A stretch of 63,411 nucleotides of DNA, counting the filler, from Hausera hauseri (lineage: Eukaryota): the NCBI GenBank assembly GCA_046269625.1. It is 11 parts of 11 records of this genome, joined end to end, with 100 filler letters (N's around TTAATTAATTAA, not from the genome) between each part and the next. Parts side by side here need not be neighbours in the genome. Positions count along the whole stretch, not along the records: positions 58,688 to 63,411 come from JBJURY010461134.1; 10 more parts are not named here. One strand, given 5' to 3'. Each line of letters opens with the position of its first letter. Within the stretch, counting starts at the first letter, position 1. This document shows, one piece after another, positions 60,300 through 63,411 of the stretch. A program made the translations under genes and the position numbers. The notes beneath the pieces were generated by a model that made no database searches, was not told where the DNA came from, and was given only the letters and a program-made list of their open reading frames with translations.

Positions 60300-61585
60300 T
60301 GTTACGATCCATAGATTGGATCCTTCGCATCTCTAATATGAAATGAGTCCTCAAAACTGATCTTGGCCAATGTAGCCCTTTGAACGCCCTTGGCTCTCTT
60401 TTTGATCTGACCGCATATGTCTAGAGAATACATTTTAAACCTGAGAGACACAAATCTCGAGTTGATTGCTCCATTCACCTTGTCTTTGAGTTTCCCTCGA
60501 ACTTTGTTATTGAATAATTGGGATGATCCTTCGGATAGTCCGAGGTATCCATATGCTCTGCTAAATGGGGAAAGTTCTCACAAATGTCCTCTGTATGGAT
60601 CTGATAGATGAAACTATCAGTATCCATATACATCTGCTGCATGGCCTTGAACTTGGGGACCATGATGTCGTGCTGGAAATGATACATCAAGGTCTCTGAC
60701 ATGTCGAGGGTTGCCATAGCCATATATATGTGCTTGTTGAATACCAAGGATGTTTTCAGCATACAATGCTGACCAAGTTCTCAGCATATATGATGTTGTT
60801 GTGGAATTTATGCTTGGCAATGAGCTTCTTTACCCGCTTCAAGTCACAAATTAGCTCAATGTTGATCCTGTTGCCGATATTTTCCATCGTCTTGCCAAAA
60901 ACACTGTTGTTGTATAGCTTTCTATGCAAATTTTTAGACCAGCTTTTTATGCTTTCCATGGAGCGGAGGCCTGCTCTCACGGTGGAAAGGCAGCTGTTGA
61001 TGCCTTGTGTGGATAGAAGACGGATATTCCATATCTACCGTCAGTATATAGCCCGTATCTCCAGTGGGATCCAGGTCCAATATATGGATGTCTTCAGGAT
61101 GCTCAACCCACTTGAAGTTATCATATGGCAATGGGACGCTCATTGCCCATCCATACAAGTTGTTGCATCCAGGTGTGATATATATGAGGATTCCCTGGAT
61201 GGATCATACTGGGCCATATATTTGTTGTTGGTCTCGTTACACCGATGAATTGCCTGGCATATTCCATCTCTACTGCCTCTCTCGATCATAAGGATCATAT
61301 CATAATCCTTAATGATCTGCAGCCTAATACCAGTATAAAGCAGCATTGCTGCCCATCTCATCCCTCAAGCCGTAAATAAATGAGCTGGATCCAGTGCATA
61401 ACTCTTCATTGTAACATCCTAAAACTCTCAAAGACATCTGTCATAATCATCACGTCCGTTTTGATATATAATTCGCTGCATTTCTCTAATGTTGGACATT
61501 GAAATGAGTGCCAGACATTCTGAGCATGCTGGTAGTCTTCATTAATTATATCACAATCCGAGAGTTGGCTATAAAATCCATCCTT
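60300..61585 (-). pseudogene. Second, internally deleted copy of the protein-primed PolB
   Basis: WAAMLLYTGIRLQIIKDYDMILMIERG, YGWAMSVPLPY, KLYNNSVFGKTMENI, MYMDTDSF, LAEHMDTSDYPKDHP; closely similar to 56400-57880. Confidence 0.88.
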
Positions 61586-62212
61586 TGGCGGTATATTCCT
61601 TCACTAATCCTTATTATCTTGGTATATTCCCTCTCTGTTCCCTCCGTAGACCTTATTATCTCGGTATAATCCCTCCATATTCCCGCCCCCTATTCCTTAT
61701 TATCTTGGTACATTCCCTCTATATATTCCCTATAATCATCATATATTCCATCCCTATGCTTTATAATCCTGATATATTCCTGCTTATGTAACCCATGCTT
61801 TGCCTATATTTTACATGTATTTTTACCTACCGCGTCCCCATATAACTTATGTAAGCCATATATTACCTCAATATCACTCATATATCTCACTCACACACAT
61901 CACATGTATTTTGCGCACATAACCCATATATTGTCTATGTTTTCCATAATTATTCACCATATACCCAATATATTACCCACATATTTTATATATGTTCCTC
62001 ATATATTCCCCATATATTCCCTCAATATTGTCTATATATTCCTAACGTTCTCCATGTATTACCAATATATTTTCCTATATTTCACATATATTCCCCACAT
62101 ATTCTTCATATTCCCCACATATTCCTCATATATGTGCCTATATCGCATATTTATCATCCATATATTTCCTCAAATAATGTATATTATTTACCTTATATTG
62201 TTAATATTCCAG

Positions 62213-62330
62213 GTTGAGTTGTATAACTTCCTTGGAAAAGACAATGTTCCATTCCACAGTGTCATCTTTCCAGCATGCCAGTTGGGCACAAACGATGGTT
62301 ACACTGTCGTCAGTCACATGGTTGCCACAG
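62213..62330 (+). CDS. MARS1: Internal exon of cytoplasmic methionyl-tRNA synthetase
   Basis: ag|[39 protein letters not shown]|gt; KDNVPFH is the MetRS signature. Confidence 0.85.
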
Positions 62331-63411
62331 GTAATGCTTCTGCTCATTTATGCATTAATTATTTGTACCCTCCCTAGGTTTCACCACCCCTGCCTTGGGA
62401 TGGCTTCTGACCCAGAGAGCTGTCCTGGCAGTAGATTTGTTACCACAAGGTTTAACTTAGCCAGACTGATGGTAGGGGCCAGGCTAAGTAAGATTCTGTT
62501 ACTTTTAGATCGAAGGCTTTTGCTTTGGGCCTGTTGCTCATTAGATACAAAAGTCAACTAAATGAACAGACAGGGAAAAGAGTAGAAATATCCTGTATGA
62601 CGGGTCTGGGCGAAGCCTCTAGAAGAGCCCAGCCTCCGACTAATTCCTTGGTAGCCCGAACAATTAAAAAAAAAACTTTAGTCATTGTAATCATGACAAA
62701 AATGCATATGTACGTATATTGTCCAATAGTTGCACATTAAAGTTTTAAACAAAAATTGTAAGTTTGGGATGATGCTCAGTTATTGATGACACTAAGTCTA
62801 AATGTCTGTAAATTTCACTGCCTTGTCATCATTTTTGCTTGATCAGCTGTGGGAGCCGTGTTGAACTGTGTTCACTAGTTGTCAAATGATTACGTTCTCC
62901 AAGTGTCTTTAAAATCGGCAGTGATTGTTGAAATATGTTGCTAAAAGGCAAACACACAAAGGCCCAAACGCACACAGAGAGAACATTAACATTCTGTCTT
63001 CACCTTCTTTCAGCTGGTAATAATAATGTTATACCAACAGAATAAATCTAAACAGGCATTTTAACAAACTCTCATCCTCAAAAACGGTGCAAAAGACCCA
63101 ACAATGGTTTAAAATGCTGCAGTACAAATGTTGTAAACTGAGCACACTATAAAAACTGATGTCATAACATTTACAGTATGCACATAACAGAACCTCACGT
63201 TGGTGCAAACATTCATTTTTAGCTGGAATCCAATTGTTGGCAGTAAAGGTAGCTGAACGGAGCCTGCAGTCCATATGATCCGTGTCGTTCGGCTGCTGAT
63301 TGATGGCCTGAAGATGAAGAGCAGAGTCTCTAGAGACATTAGGGACAGTGGGGTAGATAAAGGACCAGAGTAAATGATGGAGCTGTAGCTTGGCTATCTG
63401 TTTGACCAGAT

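Noticed and set aside
59820-62210. Y/I/P-rich hydrophobic ORFs and the C-terminal extension of the piggyBac ORF
   Set aside because: Translations of the low-complexity TATATTCCC repeat.

Overview
Eukaryotic, repeat-rich, AT-rich DNA. It is not one locus: 11 unrelated contigs are joined by ten identical 100-bp artificial linkers (44 N + TTAATTAATTAA + 44 N). The main discovery is a near-complete, apparently intact Gypsy/Metaviridae-type LTR element (4749-16932) with a single uninterrupted 3763-aa ORF. Its order is Gag(CCHC) - ubiquitin-like - AT-hook - Bcl-2-like - signal peptide + chuvirus/gB-like (class III) envelope glycoprotein - protease - RT - RNase H - integrase(GPY) - second signal peptide + 3 FN3-like domains + TM - unknown beta-rich domain - degenerate DEDDh (REX4/ISG20-like) exonuclease. 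Env thus lies BETWEEN gag and pol, and several host-like cargo domains are fused in frame. Two other contigs (21565-26969 and 27070-33432, both minus strand) hold divergent, decayed relatives with the same cargo order, so this is a family architecture and not a one-off. Also present: several Polinton/Maverick-like pieces (three related AGTAGT/ACTACT termini, a 132-bp terminal hairpin beside an A32-like ATPase, two decayed protein-primed PolB copies); a teleost-like RPS3A fragment with an intronic U73-like snoRNA directly inside one of those termini; a G-alpha(i/o) gene with 41-46-bp introns; frameshifted attractin-like, LamG and TTF-zinc-finger genes; a MetRS exon; piggyBac and Tc1/mariner relics; and a 4-kb CT-rich satellite. 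All family calls come from motif recognition by eye with no searches run, domain boundaries are approximate, and the source organism(s) cannot be determined from the sequence alone.
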